Source of the DNA: Hymenobacter sublimis
GTDB taxonomy: Bacteria; Bacteroidota; Bacteroidia; Cytophagales; Hymenobacteraceae
Direction: 5' to 3'
Assembly (NCBI RefSeq): GCF_023101345.1
Contig: NZ_CP095848.1
Span: 2,485,297 to 2,549,296 of the forward strand
DNA length: 64,000 nucleotides
The translations under genes and the position numbers were made by a program. This document shows, piece by piece, positions 36,701 through 46,288 of this stretch. Numbering within the stretch: position 1 is the stretch's first letter; each line of letters starts with the position of its first letter. The notes beneath the pieces are model-generated. The model was given only the letters and a program-made list of their open reading frames with translations, was not told the DNA's origin and did no database searches.

Positions 36701-38739
36701 TACTCCGCTACCCGGCCGACACCCGCGCCGCCGCGGCCCTCTACTGGCTGCGCTTCGCCAACCCCGACCAGCGGGCCCACTGGGAGCGGCAGCTCCAGGG
36801 CATCGGGGTGCTGCTCCAGGTCTTCCCCGATTCCCAGGAGTTCGACGAGCTCAAAACCGAGCTGCAAATGGCCGTAAACCGTTTCGCGGAGCAAACCGGC
36901 CTGTTCACCCCCGCCCAGGTGGCGGATGCCGGCGACTACCTCTTCCACGAGCTGACCCACACCGGCACTTTCATCATTGCCGCCGAAGCCGCCGAGCTCT
37001 ACCAGCAGTTACAGAAGCAGCTGCAGGAGCGCCAGGCCACGGAGCTGTTTCAGCAGTCGGTGATGGGCCTCCAGGACCAGCCGGTAGCGCAGTTTAACTT
37101 GGTGCGACAGTGGGTGCAGGCGGCGCAGTTCCGTGGACCCCACCCCCCAACCCCCTCCCCGGTGGGGAGGGGGAGCCAGACGGCTATGCAAGCAAAGCAA
37201 GTGCCCTCACTCCAGAACGCACCCCTCCCCACCGGGGAGGGGCTGGGGGTGGGGTCCGCTGGGCTAGCCCTCGAAACTGCCGTGCTCCTGCTCACTGGCA
37301 CCTACGACCCGGCCCGCGTGGTGCACACCCCTACCCTCGAAATACTCGAAAACCTCCAGGGCAGCCACCCACGCATCCCCGAAAACCGGACCTACCAGCT
37401 CAACTTCCCCGATTTCCGCCGCCGACTGCTGCACTACGACCGCGCCACGGTAGTCCAGTACGAGGCGTTTCAGGAGGTGAAAAAGCAGCTGCTGGCCCGG
37501 GCCGCCGAGGACATGCGCCTGGAAGATTTCCGGCCCCGCGTGCTCACCTCCTTCGTGCGCAACCGTCTCATCGACCAGGTGTATCTGCCCATCATCGGGG
37601 CCAACTTGGCTAAGCAGATCGGGACGGCGGGGGAAGGTAAGCGCACCGACCTGATGGGCTTGCTCCTGCTCATCTCGCCGCCCGGCTACGGCAAAACCAC
37701 GCTCATGGAGTACGTGGCCAACCGGCTGGGCCTCATCTTCATGAAGATCAACGGGCCCGCAATCGGACACGCCGTGACGAGTGTAGACCCCGCCCAGGCC
37801 CCCAACGCCGGGGCGCGGCAGGAGCTGGAGAAGCTGAACCTGGCCTTCGAGATGGGCGACAACGTGATGATTTACGTGGACGACATCCAGCACTGCAACC
37901 CCGAGTTTCTGCAGAAGTTTATCTCCCTCTGCGACGCCCAGCGCAAGATTGAGGGCGTGTACCAGGGCCGCCCCCGCACCTACGACTTCCGCGGCCGCAA
38001 GGTGGCAGTGGTGATGGCCGGCAACCCCTACACCGAAAGCGGCGACGTGTTCCAGCTGCCCGACATGCTAGCCAACCGCGCCGACATCTATAACCTCGGC
38101 GACATTCTCACGGCGGGCTCTGAAGACGCCTTCCGCCTCTCCTACCTCGAAAACGCCCTCACCAGCAACGCGGCCCTGGCCCGCCTCGCCACCCAAAGCC
38201 CCCAGGACGTGCCCGCCCTCATCCGCCTGGCCGAAACCGGGCAGCAGGACGGCCTCAGCTTCGAGGGCAACCAGACGCCCGAGGAGTTGAACGAATATGT
38301 GGCGGTGCTGCAAAAGCTGCTGCGCCTGCGCGACGTGGTGGCCCGCGTGAATGTGGCCTACATTGCCAGCGCCGCCCAGGCCGACGCCTACCGCACCGAG
38401 CCGCCGTTCAAGCTCCAGGGCTCCTACCGCAACATGAACAAGCTGGCCGAGAAAGTGCGCCCCGTCATGAACGACCAGGAAATTGAGCAGCTCCTGGCCG
38501 CCCACTACGAAAGCGAAGCCCAAACCCTGACCAGCGCCACCGAAGCCAACCTGCTCAAACTGCGCGAGCTGCTCGGCTGGCTCACCCCCGAGCAAGCCGC
38601 CCGCTGGCAGCAAATCAAGCAAACCTACCTCGACAACCTGCGCAACTCCGGCGCCGGCCAACTCCTACAGATGCTCGATAAGCTGGAAAACATTGCCGGT
38701 GGCCTGAGCGGAATTCGGGAGGCGTTGAAACGGGAGTAA
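33736..38739 (+). CDS. Very large (1,667 aa) uncharacterised protein with a C-terminal P-loop (AAA+-like) ATPase domain
   Basis: Walker A 'LLLISPPGYGKTTLMEY' and Walker B 'VMIYVDDIQH' near residues 1300-1400; no other recognisable motif. It carries an in-frame palindromic insertion at 37131-37262. Confidence 0.7.
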   Translation: MEQTTQLETGTYEILRNRLLKSSTDLRQRLDLLNTERKQVFGAVDTRLLGTGRITTENNCVPWDMVPVGQRFIFGYNVVLGLKAEPDLADVFGVYEYAEHDFRPLGLELLQNPQFLEEFRNLYRYYKNTQFVKFAVIGAHLFMVFRVGKSASDVKTFKWLMQGETLTYLDNRSDHEYTFPPQHEFQWKRATRDMQRGGKHPHISIEDKVFVETVGGDLTIKVEDNTSTGQGILSEPVDDKDQTLDDSEIYYAVVGNLILLKIRPYQEQQYRYFIFNHKLKTAQRLDALADACVLLPDGQGLIFPHGFYLQTGDNKLFDNGLREMLFEKRVVSPNGEDSLYVFFNKDHGTYLLLSYNRIAQRVDNPIVCHGYALFENGELCYFRADDEPKKHHAVQIWQTPYTAPDFQLPVTSDSYLYKLGNKEIVRAMSEVQEILTLTSKDDSYAGLYLDLIRQTTSLTDAYHWLREPAAQALAKPLGEIRQTATAAVEEFEKVQSIRKNAAQQTQTIFQKADELIGRIRRSAPDTVTEFVQLLGELRGVRGEVISLKELRYVELPAVEKHATDLEALSKEVALQTVDFLLKPDALAPYSQRVQAIAEGVEQVQKTVEADQREQETAAVAQELELLIEVVSNLPIPDPTQTTAIIDNISTVYARFNQIRAALKRRRQALAGTEAQAEFTAQLKLLEQALTNYLDLADTPAKCDEYLTKLMVQLEELEGKFPDFDQFIEQLTTRREQVVEAFESKKTALVAARNQRATALLQSAERLLKAVQSRLTRLESVADINGYFAADVMVEKVRQTAQELINLGDSVKSDDVQSRLKTLREDAVRQLRDRADLYADGGQTLKFGPHAFTVNTQPLELTVVLRDGDLHYHLTGTNFFQKITDPTLLASKPVWEQTVLSENQDVYRAEFLAWRILQAAQHPTPADAEAGHPAVLSVPELGHLSAAELLAYVQQFMAARYQEGYLKGVHDHDAALLLTALVRLTRTADLLRYPADTRAAAALYWLRFANPDQRAHWERQLQGIGVLLQVFPDSQEFDELKTELQMAVNRFAEQTGLFTPAQVADAGDYLFHELTHTGTFIIAAEAAELYQQLQKQLQERQATELFQQSVMGLQDQPVAQFNLVRQWVQAAQFRGPHPPTPSPVGRGSQTAMQAKQVPSLQNAPLPTGEGLGVGSAGLALETAVLLLTGTYDPARVVHTPTLEILENLQGSHPRIPENRTYQLNFPDFRRRLLHYDRATVVQYEAFQEVKKQLLARAAEDMRLEDFRPRVLTSFVRNRLIDQVYLPIIGANLAKQIGTAGEGKRTDLMGLLLLISPPGYGKTTLMEYVANRLGLIFMKINGPAIGHAVTSVDPAQAPNAGARQELEKLNLAFEMGDNVMIYVDDIQHCNPEFLQKFISLCDAQRKIEGVYQGRPRTYDFRGRKVAVVMAGNPYTESGDVFQLPDMLANRADIYNLGDILTAGSEDAFRLSYLENALTSNAALARLATQSPQDVPALIRLAETGQQDGLSFEGNQTPEELNEYVAVLQKLLRLRDVVARVNVAYIASAAQADAYRTEPPFKLQGSYRNMNKLAEKVRPVMNDQEIEQLLAAHYESEAQTLTSATEANLLKLRELLGWLTPEQAARWQQIKQTYLDNLRNSGAGQLLQMLDKLENIAGGLSGIREALKRE
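37131..37262. mobile_element. MITE-like palindromic element inserted in-frame within the giant ORF
   Basis: TIR-like GGACCCCACCCCCCAACC ... GCTGGGGGTGGGGTCC flanks two hairpins, CCCCTCCCCGGTGGGGAGGGGG and CCCCTCCCCACCGGGGAGGGG. It encodes 'PHPPTPSPVGRGS...PLPTGEGLGVGS'. Confidence 0.5.
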
Positions 38740-38846
38740 GCATCAATCCAGAACGCCAGAGGTGCAACCGAAGCATCTCGCGTGCTGACGTTGCCAAATT
38801 AACTCAGCCTTTTCGCCTGACATTCACTGCTATTGTAAGGGCCAAG

Positions 38847-39227
38847 ATGTTCACGCACAATTCGCTTACCGAGTTCCTACTAACAATCCTTGCGGGTTGT
38901 GCCCTGCCGGTTGCTGGTCAACATAGCAGGCGACGCTTCTTGCGGCTGCATCACCGCGGACTCCGCACGCAAGGCACTGTTATCAGCTTCCGGAAAACCG
39001 ATGATGATCGGTACGCCACGATTTGCTTTCTTACTGAGGACAACCGCCAGATAATTCAGGAAGTCAATGACCACGGCTATTCCAAAGAATCCTCACTTTC
39101 TATTTGGTATGATCCTCTTTTACCAACTCATTTTGTCATTGGCTCTCCCTCGAAACTAGGCTTCTACTTAACTACCCTTCTTGGAACCGTCCTGATCGTC
39201 TATGCTGTCTGGCAGCTTATCTCCTAG
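38847..39227 (+). CDS. Hypothetical membrane protein
   Basis: N- and C-terminal hydrophobic helices. Confidence 0.35.
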   Translation: MFTHNSLTEFLLTILAGCALPVAGQHSRRRFLRLHHRGLRTQGTVISFRKTDDDRYATICFLTEDNRQIIQEVNDHGYSKESSLSIWYDPLLPTHFVIGSPSKLGFYLTTLLGTVLIVYAVWQLIS

Positions 39228-39974
39228 CAACTCCGGCATCGGTTAGCTCTTTCAGCAGATGCTGGATAGCGGGAAAGCATTGCTGGTAGATTGAGCGCGG
39301 AGGACATACAGTAAATTCTAGAAGCTACCTCTGTATGACCACTTCCCGCGCTGTGGAGAAGAGTACATTTAGATGCGGCAGGCCTGGTATAGCCAAAATC
39401 CGTTTTCGTAGGTCAGCATGAATTCTAGATGACAGGATAACAGGCTCAGCTTGTTTTATATAAGGACCACTATAATGAAGCCAGTCATATACAAACAAGC
39501 CATACCAAGCGTAGTCTTTCCAGACAGCTGAGGTACCAAGCCTCGGTAATATGAAGCCAGAAGTAATCGTATCGTAAGCCTGAAAGTTACGTCTTACTTC
39601 AAGTGGTATTTCTCCATATCCACTCGACGCAAACAAGCCTATCTCTCCTGAAGTGTCAACTGCAAACCAGTCAAAATCCATTCCATCAAAATGCTCTCCG
39701 TAACCTGATTCTTCCACATGTATCCTTTTTCATTTAGCTAACCCAGCTGGCGCCAATGTAGCACAGCGTGAAGATTGTATTCCACTGTCGCGCTAGAGTT
39801 CAGTGCCGCGTGACTTGAACCTTAGTATCTCTGATAGCCAGAGCTTTGGTACCTCCACCCATCAGCCCTCCCTTGCTACCCACTTAATTTACCTTCTTAT
39901 GGGCAAGCAATACCTCACCACCAGCGCTGACAACCAGCTCTTTATCGAGCATCAGCACATATTCTTCGTAAGTA

Positions 39975-40050
39975 CGGCGGCCGCGGTTGGCCGTCAAGCA
40001 CGCCCAAGGGCTAAGACACTCTGCGCGTGCTTGACGGCCAACCGCATGGC
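39975..40050. repeat. Inverted repeat GGTTGGCCGTCAAGCACGC ... GCGTGCTTGACGGCCAACC
   Basis: Seen directly in the sequence; 19-bp arms, ~21-bp loop. Confidence 0.5.
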
Positions 40051-40160
40051 CTAGCTGAACCTGACCAGCAGCGGCAGCGAAACCGCCGCCCACCTGCGGG
40101 AGGTAAACCAGTATCTGAATAGCGGGTTTCCTACCCATACCATGCCCAAAGCAGCTAGGG

Positions 40161-41747
40161 CTAGCTTGGGATGTAGACTGAAAATGTAGAGCCTACGCCT
40201 AGCTCACTGTGCACTTCTACGCGGCCGCCTAGGTTTTCCACTATTTTTTTAACGGTGTAGAGGCCCAGGCCAGAGCCCTCCACATGGTTATGAAAGCGGC
40301 GAAAGAGGGCAAACAGCGAAGCTTGCTGGGTGGCGGTTAGGCCCAGGCCGTTGTCCTGTACGGTCAGGTGCCAGAACCCGTGCTGGGTGCCGCAGTTCAT
40401 GCGCACATGGGGCGGCCGGTCGGGGTGGCGGTACTTAATGGCATTGCTGAGCAGGTTATACAGCAAGGAGCGCAGGCTCTTGGCCGGCATAGCCACCTGA
40501 GGGCAAGCGTCGGCATCGACCTCCAAGACACCGCCGGTTTGCTGCAGGGCTGGCAGCAAGTCCTGGCGCAGGTCGTCCACAATGGTAGCAAGCTCCACGG
40601 GGGGCGCCACGGGGTCGTGGGCTTGGTGCAGCTGCAGTACATCGCTGAGTTGCACCAGCGTCCGTTGGAAGCGTAGCACCGCATCCTGCATCATGTTCAG
40701 CAGCATCCTTGCTTCGGCTGGGGGCGGATCGGGTAGCGTCTCACTGAGCGCCTGCACCAGCCCTTCCAGGTTGTTAATGGGGCCTCGCAGGTCGTGGGCG
40801 GCCATATACACGAAGCCGTCGAGGTCGTCATTGACGCGGGTGAGCTGCTGGTTGGCCTGGTTTAGCTCCTGATTCAGGGCCAATACCTGCTGGCGGGCCC
40901 GCACCTGCTCCGTCACCTCAAAGGCAAACACGTACACTCCATCTACCTGCTGATGCTCAGTGTAGCGGGCCTGAAACGTGTAGTTGAAATACGCATCGGC
41001 GGGCTCGGCCTGGGCGGGGCGCGTCAGCGGAATGCACACCTCATGCTCCTGCCGGCTCCGGCCGGTCCGGTACACTTCCTGCAGCTGATGCCACATAAAC
41101 GAATCCCGCAGCTCGGGCACAGCATCCAGCATAGGTTTTCCTACCAGCTCTTGGCCCGGAAACAGCTGCTGGTAGTAGGGATTAACGAATTCGTACACCA
41201 GCTCGGGTCCGTGGTGAAGGCAGATGGCGGCCGGGGCCTGCATCACCAAGTGGCTCAGGCGTAGCCGCTCCCGTTCCGCCTCAGCCAAAGCGTCGTGTTC
41301 CCGGTGCTGACTTACGCGTAGGGCCCGGCGCGAGAGTACCTCCTCCGTCACGTTGACGCTGCTGTGAATGATGTAGCGCAGCTTTCCTTGCGCGTCAAAC
41401 ACGGGGGTATTCAGCGGTTTCCAGTGACGCTCCACAAAATGGCCCGGCCGGTCAGGGTCAAGCACATCGTAGTGCTGCAAGGCCATTTGGTGGGGCTGGC
41501 CGGTGGCAATTACTCGCTCCAGCGAGGCCCGCCAGTTACGCACGGCATTGGCCTCGGGCGCGGCGGGGTTGTCGGGGAAGGCATCGAAGAGGTAGCGGCC
41601 CACCAGCTCCTCCCGCCGTTTCAGGGTGTTTAGAAGATAAGCGTTACTGGCCGTGAGAATAATCAGCTCAGGCGAGACAACTATGTACGAATCAGGTACT
41701 GTTTCCAGGGCCTGCAACTGCTGAGCAAGGGACACGCCAGAGTCCAT
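40161..41747 (-). CDS. PAS-domain sensor histidine kinase
   Basis: HisKA 'FVYMAAHDLRGPINNLEG'; HATPase 'NLLSNAIKY...DNGLGL...GSGLGLYTVKKIVE'. Confidence 0.85.
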   Translation of the reverse strand: MDSGVSLAQQLQALETVPDSYIVVSPELIILTASNAYLLNTLKRREELVGRYLFDAFPDNPAAPEANAVRNWRASLERVIATGQPHQMALQHYDVLDPDRPGHFVERHWKPLNTPVFDAQGKLRYIIHSSVNVTEEVLSRRALRVSQHREHDALAEAERERLRLSHLVMQAPAAICLHHGPELVYEFVNPYYQQLFPGQELVGKPMLDAVPELRDSFMWHQLQEVYRTGRSRQEHEVCIPLTRPAQAEPADAYFNYTFQARYTEHQQVDGVYVFAFEVTEQVRARQQVLALNQELNQANQQLTRVNDDLDGFVYMAAHDLRGPINNLEGLVQALSETLPDPPPAEARMLLNMMQDAVLRFQRTLVQLSDVLQLHQAHDPVAPPVELATIVDDLRQDLLPALQQTGGVLEVDADACPQVAMPAKSLRSLLYNLLSNAIKYRHPDRPPHVRMNCGTQHGFWHLTVQDNGLGLTATQQASLFALFRRFHNHVEGSGLGLYTVKKIVENLGGRVEVHSELGVGSTFSVYIPS

Positions 41748-41919
41748 AACAACAAAATCGAAAGCTAAAAGTGGCCTTTAACGTAGCCAACACAAAAACG
41801 AACGGCGGCGGGCGCAAGGCCTTCTCGGGCCACTCATCGGTTCCTGGTTGTGCTGAAAAAACGCCCCGGTGGCGGCCGGGGCGTGGTGCATGTTTGCGAA
41901 GGGGTACTGCGGCGGCGGG

Positions 41920-42939
41920 CTATGGCATGCCGGCACCGCCGCTGGCCCCGTACACCTGCCCGGTGGCGTAGCTTGCCTGCGGGTCAGCGAGCTGCACATA
42001 AATGGAGGCTAGCTCCACGGGCTGCCCGGGGCGCTTCATGGGGGTGTCGCCGCCGAATTTCTGGAGCTTCTCCTGGGTGGCGCCGCCGCTAACTTGCAGG
42101 GGCGTCCAGATGGGACCGGGGGCCACACCATTCACCCGGATACCTTTCGGGGCCAGCTGTTTGGCCAGGGAGCGGACGAAATTAGTGGTGGCCGCTTTGG
42201 TTTGGGCGTAGTCGTACAGGTCGGCCGAAGGGTCGGTGGCCTGCTCGGAGGTAGTACCGATAATGGCCGAGCCGGGCTTCAGGTGGGGCAAGGCCGCCTT
42301 AATAATCCAGAACGGGGCGTAGATGTTGGTTTTCATCGTCGCGTCGAAGTCCTCCGTGGTGAGGTCCATAATGGACTGGCGCTGCTGCTGCCGCGCCGCG
42401 TTGCTAACCACAATATCCAGCCCGCCCAGTTGGCGCACGGTATCCTCAACCAGCTTTTTGCAGAAGGCTTCGTCGCGCAGGTCGCCGGGAATGGCTACGG
42501 CTTTCTGACCGGCGGCCTTAATCAGGGCCACTACCTCCTTGGCGTCGGCTTCTTCGGCGGGCAGGTAGTTGATGGCTACATCGGCGCCTTCGCGGGCGTA
42601 GGCAATGGCGGCAGCCCGGCCCATGCCGGAGTCGCCGCCCGTAATCAGGGCCTTGCGCCCCTTGAGGCGGCCGGAGCCCTTGTAGCTTTTCTCGCCGTGG
42701 TCGGGCACGGGGTCCATTTTGGAGGCCAGCCCCGGCCAGGGCTGGGTCTGGCTTTTAAATGGGGGCCGGGGGTAGGCAGTGGTCGGGTCTTTCAGGGGTT
42801 CGGGGGCCGCTTCGGGCGAGAGGGCGGCTCCTTCCACGGGTAACACGGATCCTACAGTGGCAACGGCCAAGCTGGCACTTAACCCACTGATTATCTGACG
42901 GCGGCTGAGTTTGTTTTCATCTTTCATAGTTCTATGCAA
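41920..42939 (-). CDS. SDR-family oxidoreductase with Tat-like signal peptide
   Basis: 'SRRQIISGLSASLAVA' twin-Arg signal; 'ALITGGDSGMGRAAA' Rossmann motif; 'YDYAQTK' catalytic YxxxK. Confidence 0.8.
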   Translation of the reverse strand: MHRTMKDENKLSRRQIISGLSASLAVATVGSVLPVEGAALSPEAAPEPLKDPTTAYPRPPFKSQTQPWPGLASKMDPVPDHGEKSYKGSGRLKGRKALITGGDSGMGRAAAIAYAREGADVAINYLPAEEADAKEVVALIKAAGQKAVAIPGDLRDEAFCKKLVEDTVRQLGGLDIVVSNAARQQQRQSIMDLTTEDFDATMKTNIYAPFWIIKAALPHLKPGSAIIGTTSEQATDPSADLYDYAQTKAATTNFVRSLAKQLAPKGIRVNGVAPGPIWTPLQVSGGATQEKLQKFGGDTPMKRPGQPVELASIYVQLADPQASYATGQVYGASGGAGMP

Positions 42940-43149
42940 CGAGCCATTCCGAGATTAGTTATCCATTTTCTTGCCTAAAGCCCATTCTTACCTGTCGCCG
43001 GCGGGTAGTACTCCCGCTGGCGTACTAGCGCTGTTTTGCCCTTTACCTCAACGCTAGCTAACCCTGCTTCCGGTTGGTGCGGCGCAGCCTGGTCAGCCTC
43101 GCCCAACCCAATCTGGCCCCTACTACCCGGGCAAATACACGGGGCTTGG

Positions 43150-44772
43150 TTAGCGGCTGGCCCGTTCGCCCCGAATGCGCTGACCCAACCGCTGAAACCA
43201 CAGTTTCTTTCTGGCTCGGTGTTGTTTTTTGGCTCGGAGCCGGCGCAACCGGGCTGCGCGCCGGGCCCTAGCTTGCGCGCTTTTGGAAGTGTGCAGGCGT
43301 GCTGCCGCGCGGGAAGCAGCGCTCGAGCGTGGTTTGCCGGCAAGGGCCGCGCTTGCCGGGTTCCGGACGATGACGCCCGCCGGCAGGTTGCCCACGAATT
43401 GCAGGCTCAGGTAGGGGTGATAATAGTTGCCCGCCTCGTCGGTGGCCGGGGAAGCGTAGTCGTTGGGGCCGGCGCTGGCGCGCGCTTGCAGGCGGTTGGC
43501 CCCAATGCCGAACCCGCGCAGGGCGCGCACGGCTGCCCGGGCCCGTTCCTCACTCAGGGCCTGGGTTGAGTGCTGCCCATCGAGGCTGTCGCTGTAGCCG
43601 CTTACTTGAATACGGGCCCGCGGAAACGCCCGTAGGATGTTGGCCAGGTTACGCAGCTGCTGTTGCGCCGCCGCCGGCAGCGTCGTCTGCCCGGCTTGGA
43701 AATAGGCCTGATCAACTGGAATCCAGTTTGCCTCTTGGCGCAGGGGGCCGGAGGGCTGGGCGGCGCCGGCCAGCAGGCGGTACAGTTGGTATTCAGTGGA
43801 GCGGGCGGCCACGCGCTGGCTGGTACCATCCCCGAGCAGCAACAGCACCGGTTGGCCGGGGTAATCCAGGTACATTTCTGGGCCAACGGCGTAATGTGCG
43901 GGGGCCGCCTCGGGCGGAGCAGGTTCGGTCGTCGTTGTCAGGTTAGCTGCTAGGTAGGCCGCGGCATCGGGGCTAGGCTGGGCCTCAACGGGTGGGGAAG
44001 CTTCCTCGCGCGCGGATGGTGGTGAGGCCAGGGCCACCTGCTGGCGGGCAGCCGAAGAAGGAGAGTTCCAGCGCCCAATACCAAACCCAAACGCCAGGGC
44101 AGGTAGTAGCAACAGCACGGGCCAGTAGCGCCGCGGTAGCCGCACGTGCAAGAAAGTGCGCAGGGCTGTACCCAGGCGGTTGGCCTTGCGGGCGGGGCGC
44201 GTGGCAGACCGGGGAGGAGCCGGACGGGCTGCCTGGGTGGGCTCCGGGCGGGGCGGCGGAGTTGCCGCTGCTTCTGCCGGTGGCACATGGGGTAGCGCCC
44301 CGGGTTGCTGCTGCAGCCAGCGGCTAATACCGGTGGCATCTAGTTGCTGGGCGGCCGCATGGTGGCGCAGGGCCCCCAGGGTTGCGGCCACCACCACGTC
44401 CACTAGCAGGGGCATGGCCTCCGCGGGCACGCCGCCAGCCTGGCTAATCTGCCGGGTGCGGCTGGCATAAATTGGGCCCAACAGCGCCTCTAGCAAAGCT
44501 ACGCCCCGCCCGCGCCAGGAGTGAGCCTCTGTAGTGTTAAGCAGGCCCGTCCAGTCAGGAGCGGGGGCCCGTTCCATCCAGCTCCACAGGGCCTCCTCGC
44601 CGGCAGGTTGCTGGCTGCGGCTGGCAAAAGCCGGAATTACCAGCGCCAGCATGTGGCTTACTGCCTGTTGAACGGCCGGTGCCGTAGCCTGCACGGCAGC
44701 GCTCAAAGGCGCCAATGCCTCACCCGTTAGGCTGGCTTGTACCGTGTTTGCTAACGTTTGCTCCTGACTCAT
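43150..44772 (-). CDS. OmpA-family protein (C-terminal OmpA-like peptidoglycan-binding domain) with an unusual Arg/Lys-rich tail
   Basis: 'RIQVSGYSDSLDGQHSTQALSEERARAAVRAL' OmpA-C-like; the tail is 'RAARLRRLRAKKQHRARKK'. Confidence 0.5.
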   Translation of the reverse strand: MSQEQTLANTVQASLTGEALAPLSAAVQATAPAVQQAVSHMLALVIPAFASRSQQPAGEEALWSWMERAPAPDWTGLLNTTEAHSWRGRGVALLEALLGPIYASRTRQISQAGGVPAEAMPLLVDVVVAATLGALRHHAAAQQLDATGISRWLQQQPGALPHVPPAEAAATPPPRPEPTQAARPAPPRSATRPARKANRLGTALRTFLHVRLPRRYWPVLLLLPALAFGFGIGRWNSPSSAARQQVALASPPSAREEASPPVEAQPSPDAAAYLAANLTTTTEPAPPEAAPAHYAVGPEMYLDYPGQPVLLLLGDGTSQRVAARSTEYQLYRLLAGAAQPSGPLRQEANWIPVDQAYFQAGQTTLPAAAQQQLRNLANILRAFPRARIQVSGYSDSLDGQHSTQALSEERARAAVRALRGFGIGANRLQARASAGPNDYASPATDEAGNYYHPYLSLQFVGNLPAGVIVRNPASAALAGKPRSSAASRAAARLHTSKSAQARARRAARLRRLRAKKQHRARKKLWFQRLGQRIRGERASR

Positions 44773-45595
44773 ACTGGTTTGCGCAGGGAATTCGCTTAGT
44801 TACTCCAATAACTAATTTACATAAATATCATAATATAATGCCATAGAAAACATGGTAGCCAAAATCTTCACTCTTTTCGGTGCTGCCACAGGCCCTAATC
44901 TGAATGATAGGAAGAAGTAAACACAGAGACTACTTCAACGACAAAAAGCACGTTGCGTCGGGCATACAAACCAACTCGCAGGCTATTGCAGAGGTAGTAA
45001 TACCATGATGGCCAAGTAGAAGCGTCTATTCCACCGACCTATTCAGCACGTGTGGTAGCAAACCGACAAAAGAGCCTCACCTCCAGCGACATGAGGGCAA
45101 GCAGTATGCTACTGCATATGCCAACACCCCATGTGCTTCGGCGGCGCGTGGTGTAAGGTTTACCCAGTTAGCACGGTTTTCCAGCTACCTGACAATCCGG
45201 CTCTGGCTTACTGCTAACGTGCCCGCCCGGTGTTGTTGCGCAAGCTCAACCGTTGCAAGTAAGTTGCTGGTATCTCGCTCCTGCTATTACACTTTATTGT
45301 ACATGATTTTACGCTAATTATTTACTGATAAAAACATAATCCGCAGGTGTATTCAGCACCTCTTCGCCGTTTTTTCGTATGCATTCACTGCTGAGTAACT
45401 ACCGCTCAGTTAACAGATTGCGAACTTCTGTAGCCAACTAGTAGGCCGCAGGGCTTCCAACCTGAACCATACCGTCACCAAAAAATGGGGGCGTCTGCCA
45501 GCTCAACCGTACGAACGTACTGTCGACTTTCCGCGTAAAGCACAACGAGGGAAGTTTAATTTTTCCTGGCTTCTCGCCGAAAACAGACAGTACAC

Positions 45596-46288
45596 ATGGT
45601 TGATATTCAAAATAATATATACACTGACGAGTATCTTTCTTTTATACAAAAGAAAGATTTCCCGTGCGTGGCCGCCAAAACGGCCCTTACCTGGCAGCAG
45701 CTGCAGTGCTTAGTGGTTGACCACTTGGCCTGCCCCAAAGACGACGCGGCTATCCTGGAGTTTCTGTACGAGTTTGTGGACACGTACCGGCAGTCGGAGA
45801 AGCTCTACCACAGCGCCGCCATCATCTTCAAGGGCCCTGACGTACCAAACGAGGCTTTGTTTGAGGAGCTGTTCTGGCAACGCCTACAAGCGCTGTCTAA
45901 CCTGGACGCCCAGCGCTACGGCTACGACCGGCGGGTGGTGGCCGACCCTACCTCTCCTGATTTCAGCTTTAGCCTCAAGGAGGAAGCGTTTTTTGTGATT
46001 GGGTTGCACCCGGGCAGCTCCCGGCCGGCGCGGCGGTTCACCTACCCTACCCTGGTGTTCAACGCCCATGCCCAGTTCGAGCAGATCCGGGCCAACGGCC
46101 GCTACGAGAACCTGCGCGACACCATCCGTACCCGCGACGTGGCCTATTCCGGCTCCATCAACCCCATGCTCCAGGATTTTGGCACCGCCTCAGAAGCCTA
46201 CCAGTACACTGGCAAAGCCTACGACCAAGCATGGAAATGTCCTTTTTTAAGCCAACATGACTCAGTTAACCATCATTCCGCCGCGTAG
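45596..46288 (+). CDS. Hypothetical protein (possibly YqcI/YcgG-like)
   Basis: 'KDFPCVAAKTAL' resembles the FPC motif of the YqcI/YcgG family. Weak. Confidence 0.35.
   Translation: MVDIQNNIYTDEYLSFIQKKDFPCVAAKTALTWQQLQCLVVDHLACPKDDAAILEFLYEFVDTYRQSEKLYHSAAIIFKGPDVPNEALFEELFWQRLQALSNLDAQRYGYDRRVVADPTSPDFSFSLKEEAFFVIGLHPGSSRPARRFTYPTLVFNAHAQFEQIRANGRYENLRDTIRTRDVAYSGSINPMLQDFGTASEAYQYTGKAYDQAWKCPFLSQHDSVNHHSAA

Noticed and set aside
43150-43400. Separate small gene encoding the Arg/Lys-rich tail of the OmpA-family ORF
   Set aside because: It is in the same frame with no intervening stop. It may be a real basic tail or a frameshifted region, and cannot be resolved by eye.
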